From a virus (Duplodnaviria; Caudoviricetes): DNA of 50,714 nucleotides. Every line of letters begins with the position of its first letter. Positions within the stretch are counted from its first letter, which is position 1. The notes under the pieces are model-generated. The model searched no databases and was not told where the DNA came from. It worked only from the letters and a program-made list of their open reading frames with translations. Where the stretch lies: positions 1 through 50,714 of the IMG/VR virus record IMGVR_UViG_3300032156_000016; one strand, 5' to 3'. Position numbers and translations under genes: made by a program. This document shows, one piece after another, positions 9,271-16,965 of this stretch.

Positions 9271-9389
9271 GAATCCTTTTCATTTCTTTTATAAAATAAC
9301 TGTTGTCTATCTCTTCGTCCAATTTATTATTACTCTCTCCTAATAAAATAATTATAAACACAACTAGGAATACTAGTATCTCAATACTA

Positions 9390-9713
9390 TCACTCCTCTC
9401 TCGAAGATCGTACTGTATATGTACTAGTAGATTCAGTAGCACACACAAAAGCTACGACCTCCATCCTATCAAGGATACTGTTAATCACTTGATTAACACT
9501 TACCCAATGCCCGTGTTCGAGTGGCCCACCCCCTCTCCGGCGAAACCCATGTATAGTAAAATGATCTTGACGACCCAGAAAAAAATTAACACCAGTGACA
9601 ATAACCTCTATACTGTCCAACTCTAATGCTAGTGATGTACTAAATTCTTTAATAAATTTATTAAAATCTGGGGATGGATTACCCCCTATTGATCTAACTC
9701 GCATTGTATACAT
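9390..9713 (-). CDS. Hypothetical protein
   Basis: GGAG SD; operon strand. Confidence 0.6.
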   Translation of the reverse strand: MYTMRVRSIGGNPSPDFNKFIKEFSTSLALELDSIEVIVTGVNFFLGRQDHFTIHGFRRRGGGPLEHGHWVSVNQVINSILDRMEVVAFVCATESTSTYTVRSSREE

Positions 9714-9779
9714 GATTGCTCCAGGTGCTTAATGAATAACCCTAGTGTAGAGCCAAGGCAAAAATCGGTCAAGATTTAT

Positions 9780-10601
9780 TTATGTTGCAAGTCCAAGTCT
9801 TGTACGGATATAGCGTAATAAACTACGGTATATCTGATGTTTTGCGATATCCCTCCAGTGGTCAAGTGCTTTTGGGTTATAGGGTTCCAGCTTATTCTCT
9901 TTCCAATACCAAATTCTAGCTACAGTATCCTTCGCAACCATGCTCATTAATGCGCGGCTATCTGTCATTGCATTATAAAGTAGAGATGGTACATAATATT
10001 TTTCTTTGATGTGTGACTTGATATGTGACTCTCCAGAGTGGAGCATTCCACTACTATCTCCAAGTGTTTTACCAGTAGCTTGATCTTTCATAGAGCAGAA
10101 GAAACAATCACCGGCTCCAGGTTTTTCTATCTTACCAGCAAGGAATAGCTCAATAAACTTCTTACAATAAGCTACGGCTTTCTTGTCTAACTTTAGTAAA
10201 GCATCGGGATTCTTTCCGGCGTACTTTATTGTACCGCGCCAAGTAATTATCATTCCATCTGCAAATGGAACCGTTCTTTTGCCACATATTACATACCAAA
10301 TCTTTTTATTCTGCCATACATTAATACCACGCCCTGCAAATCTATTGATACGATCTTTAGTAGTAATAATACGCCATCCACCGCTATTCAAAATTACAGA
10401 ATCATTCTCAAGAATCTCAATAATAATAGTATCATGTAATTTTATTCCTATTGATTCATTTGGCATACCTATTACTTTAGTATTATTAGCAATAGGGCGA
10501 GATAATTTATTCTTTCCTTGTTTAAGAAACTCTACCCATGTAGCATATCTGACGCAATAATCTGAATTTATTTTTGGATTAGTATAGGGATTCGTACTCA
10601 T
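9780..10601 (-). CDS. Phage early hypothetical protein with CxxC
   Basis: LNSGGW..TTKDRIN..VWQ..WYV N-domain; GDCFFC. Confidence 0.75.
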   Translation of the reverse strand: MSTNPYTNPKINSDYCVRYATWVEFLKQGKNKLSRPIANNTKVIGMPNESIGIKLHDTIIIEILENDSVILNSGGWRIITTKDRINRFAGRGINVWQNKKIWYVICGKRTVPFADGMIITWRGTIKYAGKNPDALLKLDKKAVAYCKKFIELFLAGKIEKPGAGDCFFCSMKDQATGKTLGDSSGMLHSGESHIKSHIKEKYYVPSLLYNAMTDSRALMSMVAKDTVARIWYWKENKLEPYNPKALDHWRDIAKHQIYRSLLRYIRTRLGLAT

Positions 10602-10602
10602 T

Positions 10603-10887
10603 TTATTCCACTTCCTTTAATGAATCAAAGAAACCCGAATCATCAAACGTAACTGAAGCTCCAGGTTCTTTTAATATTGTTGTAAGCATCGCCCCAAATT
10701 CTTCTTTAAGTCTTGCTTGTGTAATAATTTTACTCTCTCCTTTATTCCTAATTTCATTCTGCCATATACTGTTAAGATGAAACTCATCCTTTCCGAGTAG
10801 AGAAAATTCATCACCATTCGGAAAGTAAACGCGCCAATTTATTCTGCGTCCGTGTGTGGATGGTAATACTTTTATTGTTACTTTCAT
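10603..10887 (-). CDS. Hypothetical protein
   Basis: GAGGAG SD; ATGA overlap. Confidence 0.7.
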   Translation of the reverse strand: MKVTIKVLPSTHGRRINWRVYFPNGDEFSLLGKDEFHLNSIWQNEIRNKGESKIITQARLKEEFGAMLTTILKEPGASVTFDDSGFFDSLKEVE

Positions 10888-11081
10888 TGCTCCTCATATT
10901 CTGCCTTCCGTGATAATTTCCCAGGCTTATGTGTGGTGTTGTAATTATTACAAATAGTACGAGCTTCAAATTCTGTCTTCACATTTTTTCTAATGGTGTG
11001 TTTTTTCCCTGGGCATGGCTCCCGTCTGTCCGGCCAACTTGGATTATTTTTCCACCAGGTTCTAGTGAATACACGGTACAT
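10884..11081 (-). CDS. Small basic hypothetical protein
   Basis: GAAGGGAG SD; clean ORF. Confidence 0.75.
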   Translation of the reverse strand: MYRVFTRTWWKNNPSWPDRREPCPGKKHTIRKNVKTEFEARTICNNYNTTHKPGKLSRKAEYEEQ

Positions 11082-11245
11082 TACTATTCTCCCTTCGCCT
11101 TGGCAATTATCAAACGAGCATACATTAAACCGGCAGTATCTTTACACCAATAATCTCCATCATCTGCCAATTGTCTATTCACTCAATTGGCTTTTTCCTG
11201 AAAGAACAATAACATACATAAAGATTTCCTTTCTAAGAAACCGTA

Positions 11246-11361
11246 GGGCCAATAGAGGCTAGTCTACTTCTGATGGGAGCTACCCTTTCACTAGCATAAT
11301 GGCCCCAAAACAAATTGATATCGGCGCGGCCAGCGAAGGGAGCATACACCAAACCGCGCCG
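11246..11361 (-). ncRNA. Two tandem hairpins with CUCCC-containing loops
   Basis: GGGCCA/TGGCCC plus GCTAGT/ACTAGC; CGGCGCGG/CCGCGCCG; minus-strand loops contain GCTCCC. Confidence 0.5.
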
Positions 11362-11374
11362 TGATAATTCAAAG

Positions 11375-11956
11375 TTAACAGTGAAATAATTCAGTATCTT
11401 TCACTGGAATTAATGGCGGATCAACCGCATCTATAATACTATTCGCTTCCTGTTTTGCAGCATCCACTCCATAATATCCCCAACATGAATCAGAAACTTC
11501 GCCTTCTTTGCCGAAGATTATATAACCATATACATCCCAAACAAGATACTGATTGTAGATTTTTACCTCTTGTTCCATACATTTTAATGCTTTTTCTTCC
11601 AGTTCTTTTTCCGAAAGCTTACTCCCAAATTCTTTTCTCGCATTCTTGCGAGTAATAAATATATACCCAATCATTCCAGAATCCCAGCGACAATTGAATG
11701 GCCATCGTCTACTGGTGGAAATACTTATCCCACTATGGTCGTATATATATACTGGAAGGCGAAAGCAATTGCTCCGCACCATAAAATCTTTAAGACTCTC
11801 CACAGAAAAATCATGCTTATCACCTAAAGTATATTTGTTATGGAAAAGAGCCATAATACAAGCGTTGCTCCAATCTCTAGGAGAATTTGGATTGTCGTCC
11901 TGATGAATTTCTACCTTGTATCCATTATGCATGTAGCGTTCTACTAAAGTATTCAT
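11375..11956 (-). CDS. Conserved phage/MGE hypothetical protein (start re-called to 11956)
   Basis: GGAGG SD before MNTLVER; motifs PVYIYDHSG, WDSG..GYI, DSCWGYYG. Confidence 0.75.
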   Translation of the reverse strand: MNTLVERYMHNGYKVEIHQDDNPNSPRDWSNACIMALFHNKYTLGDKHDFSVESLKDFMVRSNCFRLPVYIYDHSGISISTSRRWPFNCRWDSGMIGYIFITRKNARKEFGSKLSEKELEEKALKCMEQEVKIYNQYLVWDVYGYIIFGKEGEVSDSCWGYYGVDAAKQEANSIIDAVDPPLIPVKDTELFHC

Positions 11957-12156
11957 TATATTTCCTCCGTTTCTTTCTCTATTTTTTCTGTAAGTATTGT
12001 GCGTTCTTCTCTGACCCGTTCTTCCCATTTATGCAATTCATAGAGTAATTCATCTAAATATTCTAATGTTATCTCAAATCTTGGATCGAGAAACCCTGTT
12101 CTTGCCTGACTTATTCTCAACCTTGCGTCATTTGCTATGAATTTTTCTTTTACCAT
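11956..12156 (-). CDS. Hypothetical protein
   Basis: GAAGGGAG SD; coupled to downstream gene. Confidence 0.7.
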   Translation of the reverse strand: MVKEKFIANDARLRISQARTGFLDPRFEITLEYLDELLYELHKWEERVREERTILTEKIEKETEEI

Positions 12157-12184
12157 GATATTATTACTCCCTTCTAAAAAATTC

Positions 12185-12270
12185 TGGTGCCGGAGAAGAG
12201 ACTCGAACTCTTATAGCATTACTGCCGACAGATTTTAAGTCTGTTGTGTCTACCATTCCACCACTCCGGC
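12185..12270 (-). tRNA. tRNA-Leu(UAA)
   Basis: Acceptor GCCGGAG/CTCCGGC with encoded ACCA; D-loop GG; anticodon arm ACAGA-CTTAAAA-TCTGT; long variable arm; T arm AAGAG-TTCGAGT-CTCTT. Confidence 0.96.
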
Positions 12271-12275
12271 AGTAA

Positions 12276-12518
12276 TTATTTGTCGCTTAGATCAGGATAA
12301 AGGGAAAAACACATGCAATTGCGTTCAGTTAAGTACAGATAATCTCTAAGTCCATGCTTAATTGGAACGCAAAATTCATTTGGTCTTGTTTTCCATGTTT
12401 GTATTTTCCCATTAATTCTCCATCTTTGCGGCGAACCATCGGCATTCTTATATACCTTATCGTAAATAATTCTGCCGTGCGTGCAAAGATTAAGTGCCTG
12501 AAATTTTGTGATCATCAC
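12276..12518 (-). CDS. Phage hypothetical protein (start re-called to GTG 12518 or ATG 12515)
   Basis: GAAGGGAG SD; RWRINGKIQTWKTRP..F.VPIKHGL motif. Confidence 0.75.
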   Translation of the reverse strand: MMITKFQALNLCTHGRIIYDKVYKNADGSPQRWRINGKIQTWKTRPNEFCVPIKHGLRDYLYLTERNCMCFSLYPDLSDK

Positions 12519-12541
12519 GTTACTCCCTTCAAAAAAATCTA

Positions 12542-12829
12542 GTGCGGAGTCCATATTCGTCGCGGAAATCACCGCCGCCTACACCCTATATGGTGGGTAT
12601 CTACCTATTGGTCATACATTACAAAGCATTATGCTTTGCGTATGCCTGTGATTAGCAGGAGAATTTTCGCACACTCCGCACATTACTTCAGTAATTTCTG
12701 GCGTGCAACTCCGAAGTAAGTAGACGGCCATCATCTATTATTGTCTTACATAACCCAGGTTGAGTCGCATCCCCTTTCCCCACTCCAGTAACTATTATAG
12801 TGAGCGGATAATTACTGAAGACGCCAGAA
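12542..12829 (-). ncRNA. About 290-nt structured intergenic RNA with two closed multibranch domains
   Basis: Closing stems TTCTGGCGT/ACGCCAGAA (12696-12829) and GTGCGGAGT/ACTCCGCAC (12542-12681); several internal hairpins; U-tract follows on the minus strand. Confidence 0.55.
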
Positions 12830-12853
12830 GAATTTAAGGATAATTTTATATGA

Positions 12854-13177
12854 TTATCCTTTGCTATTCGCCATGAGTTTCAGTTCTTTCTTGATTTTCT
12901 TCGCTGTTTCGCCGCGCCACGTATTCGCATTACTGAGAAAATATAACACGATGGACATACCACTATCCATCATGTAATTGTCAGTAATTTTATCAAGCGT
13001 TTCCATAGCATCAAGGTATGGTTTCGCTGCATAATTTACCTTACTCCCCCAATCTTTGCGAATTTCCCTTGCGATTTCATATAGTGGACGATGAATGGTA
13101 GGCATTTTATTACTCCTTTTACTTGACATAAAATGATTCCAACTTCTAAAATCTCTAAGTAAACTTTTTTGGCTCAT
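12854..13177 (-). CDS. Conserved phage hypothetical protein (alternative start 13105)
   Basis: RPLYEIAREI..DW..VNYAAKPYLDAM...YFLSNA..WRGE motif; SDs at both starts. Confidence 0.8.
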   Translation of the reverse strand: MSQKSLLRDFRSWNHFMSSKRSNKMPTIHRPLYEIAREIRKDWGSKVNYAAKPYLDAMETLDKITDNYMMDSGMSIVLYFLSNANTWRGETAKKIKKELKLMANSKG

Positions 13178-13235
13178 ACACTACTCCCTTCAGAAAATTG
13201 TGTAACGAACGCCAAGTAACTAATAATAAATAATA

Positions 13236-13299
13236 GAAAAATAGGGGGAGTAATCTCGTCGGCTACTTAATCTTTCACCACGATACTCGCTACTCCCCC
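13236..13299 (-). terminator. Terminator-like hairpin with large loop
   Basis: GGGGGAGTA/TACTCCCCC stem followed by a T-rich tract on the minus strand. Confidence 0.55.
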
Positions 13300-13321
13300 C
13301 GTGAGATAGCAGTAACAAAAG

Positions 13322-13432
13322 TACTGGCGAAGTTAATGTCTATAAACTCCGCTTCACGCTGACACGCTGGACGATTTGTACTAAGAATCCTGTCAGGAAT
13401 TCTCGTTTTGTCGTCCCATAATTCAGCCAGTA
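13322..13432 (-). ncRNA. About 110-nt closed stem-loop
   Basis: TACTGGC/GCCAGTA closing stem, inner GGACGA/TCGTCC and a further hairpin; TTTT follows on the minus strand. Confidence 0.45.
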
Positions 13433-13465
13433 ATGACGCTCTCCCAAAAAGTGATAATACTTACA

Positions 13466-13660
13466 TCATTTCGCATGAATTGCCGAAGCAATACGCGCAA
13501 TTTTTTCTGGTTTCATCGGACGAGTACAGACATGGCCCAAAGAATCTTTGGTAATCCCGATAGGAATTACCTTCATTGTTAATTCGTTGATCGTTTTCAC
13601 TATGTCGTCACGCTTGTAACTCCGAAAATTCCTGACATGCAAGCAAAGTTTGCGTGACAT
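13466..13660 (-). CDS. Hypothetical protein
   Basis: AGGAG SD. Confidence 0.6.
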   Translation of the reverse strand: MSRKLCLHVRNFRSYKRDDIVKTINELTMKVIPIGITKDSLGHVCTRPMKPEKIARIASAIHAK

Positions 13661-13663
13661 TTT

Positions 13664-13981
13664 TCACTCTCCTTTCGCAATAAGAAATCCAATGTTGTGA
13701 AGTGCTCTCTCATGATTTAATTCGCCTTTGAAACTACCACCCAATTCACACCAGCTTATTACATTTCCATCATGATCTGCTGGAAAAATGTAAGTCTCAG
13801 GGCCAGAAAACGCGACGCGAAGAGCAGAAACTATCACATATTCTGTGTGTTTCAAGAAAATTTCTGTGTCCCAATCCCAATCATACCCAACTTTTTCACT
13901 GAGTCTGTAAAGTTTTGCGTCACCGCTAAATTTACTACTACCAGTGAAATCTTTGATGAATATCGCTATCTTGTCACTCAT
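13664..13981 (-). CDS. Conserved phage hypothetical protein
   Basis: GAAGGGAG SD; YVIVSA..GPETYIFPAD..G..W.EL.GS motif. Confidence 0.8.
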   Translation of the reverse strand: MSDKIAIFIKDFTGSSKFSGDAKLYRLSEKVGYDWDWDTEIFLKHTEYVIVSALRVAFSGPETYIFPADHDGNVISWCELGGSFKGELNHERALHNIGFLIAKGE

Positions 13982-14136
13982 GATTTTTTCTCCCTTCTAT
14001 AAAAAATTACAGTGTCACCCTACGTTTACTACGTCGCATCCAAATTTTTTCTGCAACTCAATACAGATTAGGTAGCGATACGGAAGCCGGAATTCTGGTA
14101 TGTAGGATAGTCCGGCAACACCCATAACACTGTAAA

Positions 14137-14319
14137 TTATTTCCCTTTCCGTAAAGCAACAAAGAAAAATGCTCCCCAAAGCCCTATAATCATGGGAATA
14201 TTCCATCCCATAATCTGCCACTGAGACTCAAGTAACAATTTAGACGGAAAGCAGAACGCCACGAATGTTACCAAAAAATCTGTAACATTCGCCAAAATAT
14301 TTGTTTTATAACCGTACAT
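14137..14319 (-). CDS. Small membrane protein
   Basis: GGGGAG SD; two hydrophobic segments; preferred over the overlapping 14015-14221 ORF. Confidence 0.5.
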   Translation of the reverse strand: MYGYKTNILANVTDFLVTFVAFCFPSKLLLESQWQIMGWNIPMIIGLWGAFFFVALRKGK

Positions 14320-14584
14320 TTTGACGCTCCCCTGTTAAGATTAATACAGCAACTTCGGGATTTATTGTTTCGATACGCTTGAAAATCCTGGTTCGTTCTG
14401 CAAGTAATCTTTTCATTTCTCCACTGTCGTTCGAGTCCTGAAATTTTTCTAGATTTCTCTCGAAAGCGACCATGAGATTTTCTAGAAGCATTTCATCACG
14501 AAGCGAAACTAAAGTAAACATTACTGCTCTCTTTTCTGGAAAGAAATCCAAAAAACTTGGGAAAATCGCCAAAGTAGTCCCCAA
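14306..14584 (-). CDS. Hypothetical protein (true start probably downstream)
   Basis: Operon-strand ORF with weak TTG start. Confidence 0.5.
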   Translation of the reverse strand: MGTTLAIFPSFLDFFPEKRAVMFTLVSLRDEMLLENLMVAFERNLEKFQDSNDSGEMKRLLAERTRIFKRIETINPEVAVLILTGERQNVRL

Positions 14585-14621
14585 GAAGTAGTTTTTTCAG
14601 CTATATCGCAATTATCTTAAG

Positions 14622-14655
14622 TGGGTTAAAAGACCCAAGTGGGTTAAAAGACCCA
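14622..14655. promoter_or_regulatory. Two tandem TGGGT-N6-ACCCA dyad boxes
   Basis: TGGGTTAAAAGACCCA at 14622 and 14640; same motif recurs at 15529-16090. Confidence 0.7.
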
Positions 14656-14736
14656 TTTGAGATATAGTGCCGTTTTTAAGGTATATCTCAATTGAGATTT
14701 AACATATTAATTACGGTATAGCTGAAGCATAGGCAC

Positions 14737-14767
14737 AAAAAAGAGGAGCTTATTAGACTCCTCTTTT
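14737..14767 (-). terminator. Intrinsic terminator
   Basis: GAGGAG..CTCCTC stem plus T6 on the minus strand, just after the 14785 stop. Confidence 0.8.
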
Positions 14768-14784
14768 CGCGTGCCGAAAGCGCC

Positions 14785-15270
14785 CTATTTCGACTTGAGC
14801 AAAACGGACGCGATTTGATCAGCGTCAAGACCCGCGTCCTGCAAGCTTCTCGCAAGATTCGAGAGCTTGTCGATTGGATCGATGACCTTTTTGAGCGGAC
14901 GATGGTTATCCGCCTCATTGCGAGCCTTTTCCTGCTCTGCTTGCGCCGCGGCCTCGTTCGCCTTACGCTGCGTTTCGATACTTGTCCGGTGTTCGTCGAG
15001 CGCCGCGATGATGTTGTCAACTCCAATTGACTCGACCATCGCTAGCACACCGAGAAGGTTCGGAACCGAACACGAAATGAAGCGCTGCTTAAAGCCACGT
15101 TTCACTTGTACGACTGGGTTAGTTGTACGTTGTGAGATCGCTGCGGTATTCGTGTCATCGAAATACTTGTCGCCGGTATGGAGCAGAACCGATTCCATAC
15201 CTTGCGTCAAGTTTAGTTCTCTCGCAAGATCAACAAGGGTCTGCAAAGTGACGACGATCTTTTTTGGCAT
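14785..15270 (-). CDS. First early gene; GC-rich hypothetical protein with coiled-coil C-terminus
   Basis: GGGGAG SD; own terminator; downstream of sigma54-type promoter. Confidence 0.75.
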   Translation of the reverse strand: MPKKIVVTLQTLVDLARELNLTQGMESVLLHTGDKYFDDTNTAAISQRTTNPVVQVKRGFKQRFISCSVPNLLGVLAMVESIGVDNIIAALDEHRTSIETQRKANEAAAQAEQEKARNEADNHRPLKKVIDPIDKLSNLARSLQDAGLDADQIASVLLKSK

Positions 15271-15406
15271 GTTACACGCTCCCCGTGTAATGGGTTATTG
15301 AAACGTATAGGCGCAACACTTACTAAAGTGTTACGCTTGCGTTTCAGTTATCAATGAACGTACTAACACCGAAGCGCTCACCGCTTCCGGCGTCGCGACG
15401 GGCTAC

Positions 15407-15422
15407 TGCAAGCTGCATGCCA
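15407..15422 (-). promoter_or_regulatory. Sigma54 (RpoN)-type -24/-12 promoter, leftward
   Basis: Minus strand TGGCATGCAGCTTGCA closely matches TGGCAC-N5-TTGCW with GG-N10-GC spacing. Confidence 0.75.
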
Positions 15423-15599
15423 AGCGAAGCGACGATTGCGTAAGTGCTTTGATTGCAACGAGTTAAAGATGCCGGCATGGTTTGGCATGGCTTATGAATT
15501 GCGCTATAGTTGAAAAGCGCGCGTTCATTGGGTACGCAGCCCCAACGCTAAGTGACGTAACGACAACGGTTTAAGTTATACCGTATCTTTTACGCCCCT

Positions 15600-15615
15600 A
15601 GCATATACCGCGCCA
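15600..15615 (-). promoter_or_regulatory. Second sigma54-type promoter, leftward
   Basis: Minus strand TGGCGCGGTATATGCT, GG-N10-GC. Confidence 0.5.
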
Positions 15616-15797
15616 ATCGGGTTCGGGTCATTTGACCCAGGCGAGAGCGGCGCAACCGCTTTAATTGGAACGGGTTGCACTATACCGTAACTTATAGACA
15701 GCAACGATCCACTTGCGTCATTTTACCCATGGGCCAAGTGCTTTGTTTACAATGAGTTGACGATTGGTGTGGGTGCTTTGACCCAAACGGGACGTAT

Positions 15798-15813
15798 CGG
15801 CATGAGATATGCG
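15798..15813 (+). promoter_or_regulatory. Sigma54-like element, rightward
   Basis: CGGCATGAGATATGCG, GG-N10-GC; degenerate copy near 15904. Confidence 0.4.
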
Positions 15814-16275
15814 CCGAGTTAAGTGGAGTGGTGACAAGCAGTTACGGTATATCGGAAGGATTACGACGACGCCGTTTCGTGGGTGCTTTGACCCATTACG
15901 GTATGTCATAAGATATGCGATAAAGACTGATCGCCCGCGCCTGAGCGCAAAGAATACGCGATGATACTTACTAATCACAGCAACGCCATATGTGACAACG
16001 ACTTACAACGACTTCGCGCCTATACGTCACATTAATTATTGCGTCATAGTTTAACCTGCTGTCGCATATAGCGTTGGGTGCGTAGGCCCAGGGGCGATCT
16101 CACACATGGCGACACTCTCGGCGCACCGCTGGTTGAATATACACACCAAAGATAGTTTTGCATTTGAAGTTATTTCTTTACGTTTCTTTATATTCTTTTT
16201 TATTCTATTATTAAAACAAACAAACAGTGCTTATAAGCGCATATAAGCGAATCGTAGTTTCTTTATATAAAAGCA

Positions 16276-16303
16276 TTGACACAAGTAACGTATTTGTTAT
16301 CAT
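16276..16303 (+). promoter_or_regulatory. Sigma70-type promoter
   Basis: TTGACA-16-TATCAT with extended -10 TG and AT-rich upstream tract. Confidence 0.75.
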
Positions 16304-16309
16304 GCGAGT

Positions 16310-16401
16310 AAGGGTTCTCCTCCAGTTCCAGGCTGCGAAACCCTTGTGTGCATGGACGGCGGGTGCCGGTTCGATTTCCTCCCTTCCTCGTTCCGGCACC
16401 C
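16310..16401 (+). ncRNA. Two-hairpin leader or sRNA with anti-SD loops
   Basis: AAGGGTT/AACCCTT with CTCCTCC loop; GGGTGCCGG/CCGGCACCC with TTTCCTCCCTTCC loop; begins at the predicted TSS. Confidence 0.55.
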
Positions 16402-16428
16402 ATTACAAACGAAACAAACATATAACGA

Positions 16429-16839
16429 ATGTATAATGAAACCATTGAATCGTTACGAGATCAGATGAATATAGACCATACATGCTTAGGGAAATATGCA
16501 CTTGATGGATATATACATGATTTAAAAGCGGCGGTAGCGTTATTATTGAAGGAATATAATAGTAGAAAAACTGAAACGAAAAAAGAAGCGAAAGTAACAA
16601 CTAAAGATAAGGCTACTATTAATGATTTGTTAGAGTTATGTCCCGAAGAACATATGATTGAATTAAGAAAGAAATTTGACGGCGCGAAGATTGGTTCTGT
16701 TGAACGGTGGAAGATAGCGAAAGAAGCGTTAGATTTGACGGTAAATGAAGAAACAGGGAAATGGCGCATTGTTTTAGCGAGTAAGTTGTTGAATGTTTCT
16801 TTTCAGACTTTGTATTCACTTGCAAGAAAGAATAAATGA
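16429..16839 (+). CDS. Fis/NtrC-type HTH protein lacking an AAA+ domain
   Basis: C-terminal ERWKIAKEALDLT...IVLASKLLNVSFQTLYSLARK resembles the Fis-family ER..I..AL....A..LG.SR.TLY pattern. Confidence 0.7.
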   Translation: MYNETIESLRDQMNIDHTCLGKYALDGYIHDLKAAVALLLKEYNSRKTETKKEAKVTTKDKATINDLLELCPEEHMIELRKKFDGAKIGSVERWKIAKEALDLTVNEETGKWRIVLASKLLNVSFQTLYSLARKNK

Positions 16840-16895
16840 TAAATATATGTACGATTCATTGTAGAATTATATGCCAATCGTTCGGCAGCCGCGTG

Positions 16896-16946
16896 GGGCG
16901 GTACTTCAGTTTGGGCGTGCTGAGTACCGCCCTATTTCTTTTCTTT
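16896..16946 (+). terminator. Intrinsic terminator
   Basis: GGGCGGTACT../..AGTACCGCCC stem plus TATTTCTTTTCTTT. Confidence 0.75.
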
Positions 16947-16965
16947 AGTAGAGAGGGATTGTAAT

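Larger units (their letters stand above)
15441..16005. promoter_or_regulatory. Six 25-bp IHF-like sites
   Basis: YAAS...CAA-N4-TTR at 15441, 15549, 15653 (GAA variant), 15735, 15820, 15981; resembles the IHF consensus WATCAA-N4-TTR. Confidence 0.6.
15529..16090. promoter_or_regulatory. Six further TGGGT-N6-ACCCA boxes and TATACCGTA boxes
   Basis: Dyads at 15529, 15624, 15714, 15770, 15880, 16075 (0-1 mismatch); TATACCGTA(A) or its complement at 15577, 15681, 15842, 15896 (partial), also 14711. Confidence 0.7.

Noticed and set aside
11270-11290. CTGATG near GAAA-like segments as a hammerhead ribozyme
   Set aside because: CUGANGA and GAAA cores are not present on the same strand in the required stems
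12800-12811. GTGAGCGGATAA, a 12-bp match to the lac operator
   Set aside because: Flanks do not match lacO and there is no vector context; treated as chance
14688-15301. Overlapping ORFs 14688-15026, 14815-15030 and 14867-15301
   Set aside because: Shadow frames of the GC-rich 14785-15270 gene, which has the SD and terminator
15718-15978. 86-aa ORF in the control region
   Set aside because: No SD; sequence is explained by regulatory boxes
15441-16090. Repeats read as a mini-CRISPR array
   Set aside because: Repeats are degenerate, of several types and irregularly spaced
16361-16402. tRNA-like GCCGG-TTCGA...CCGGC-ACCCA
   Set aside because: No D or anticodon arms and the loop is too long; better explained as a simple hairpin
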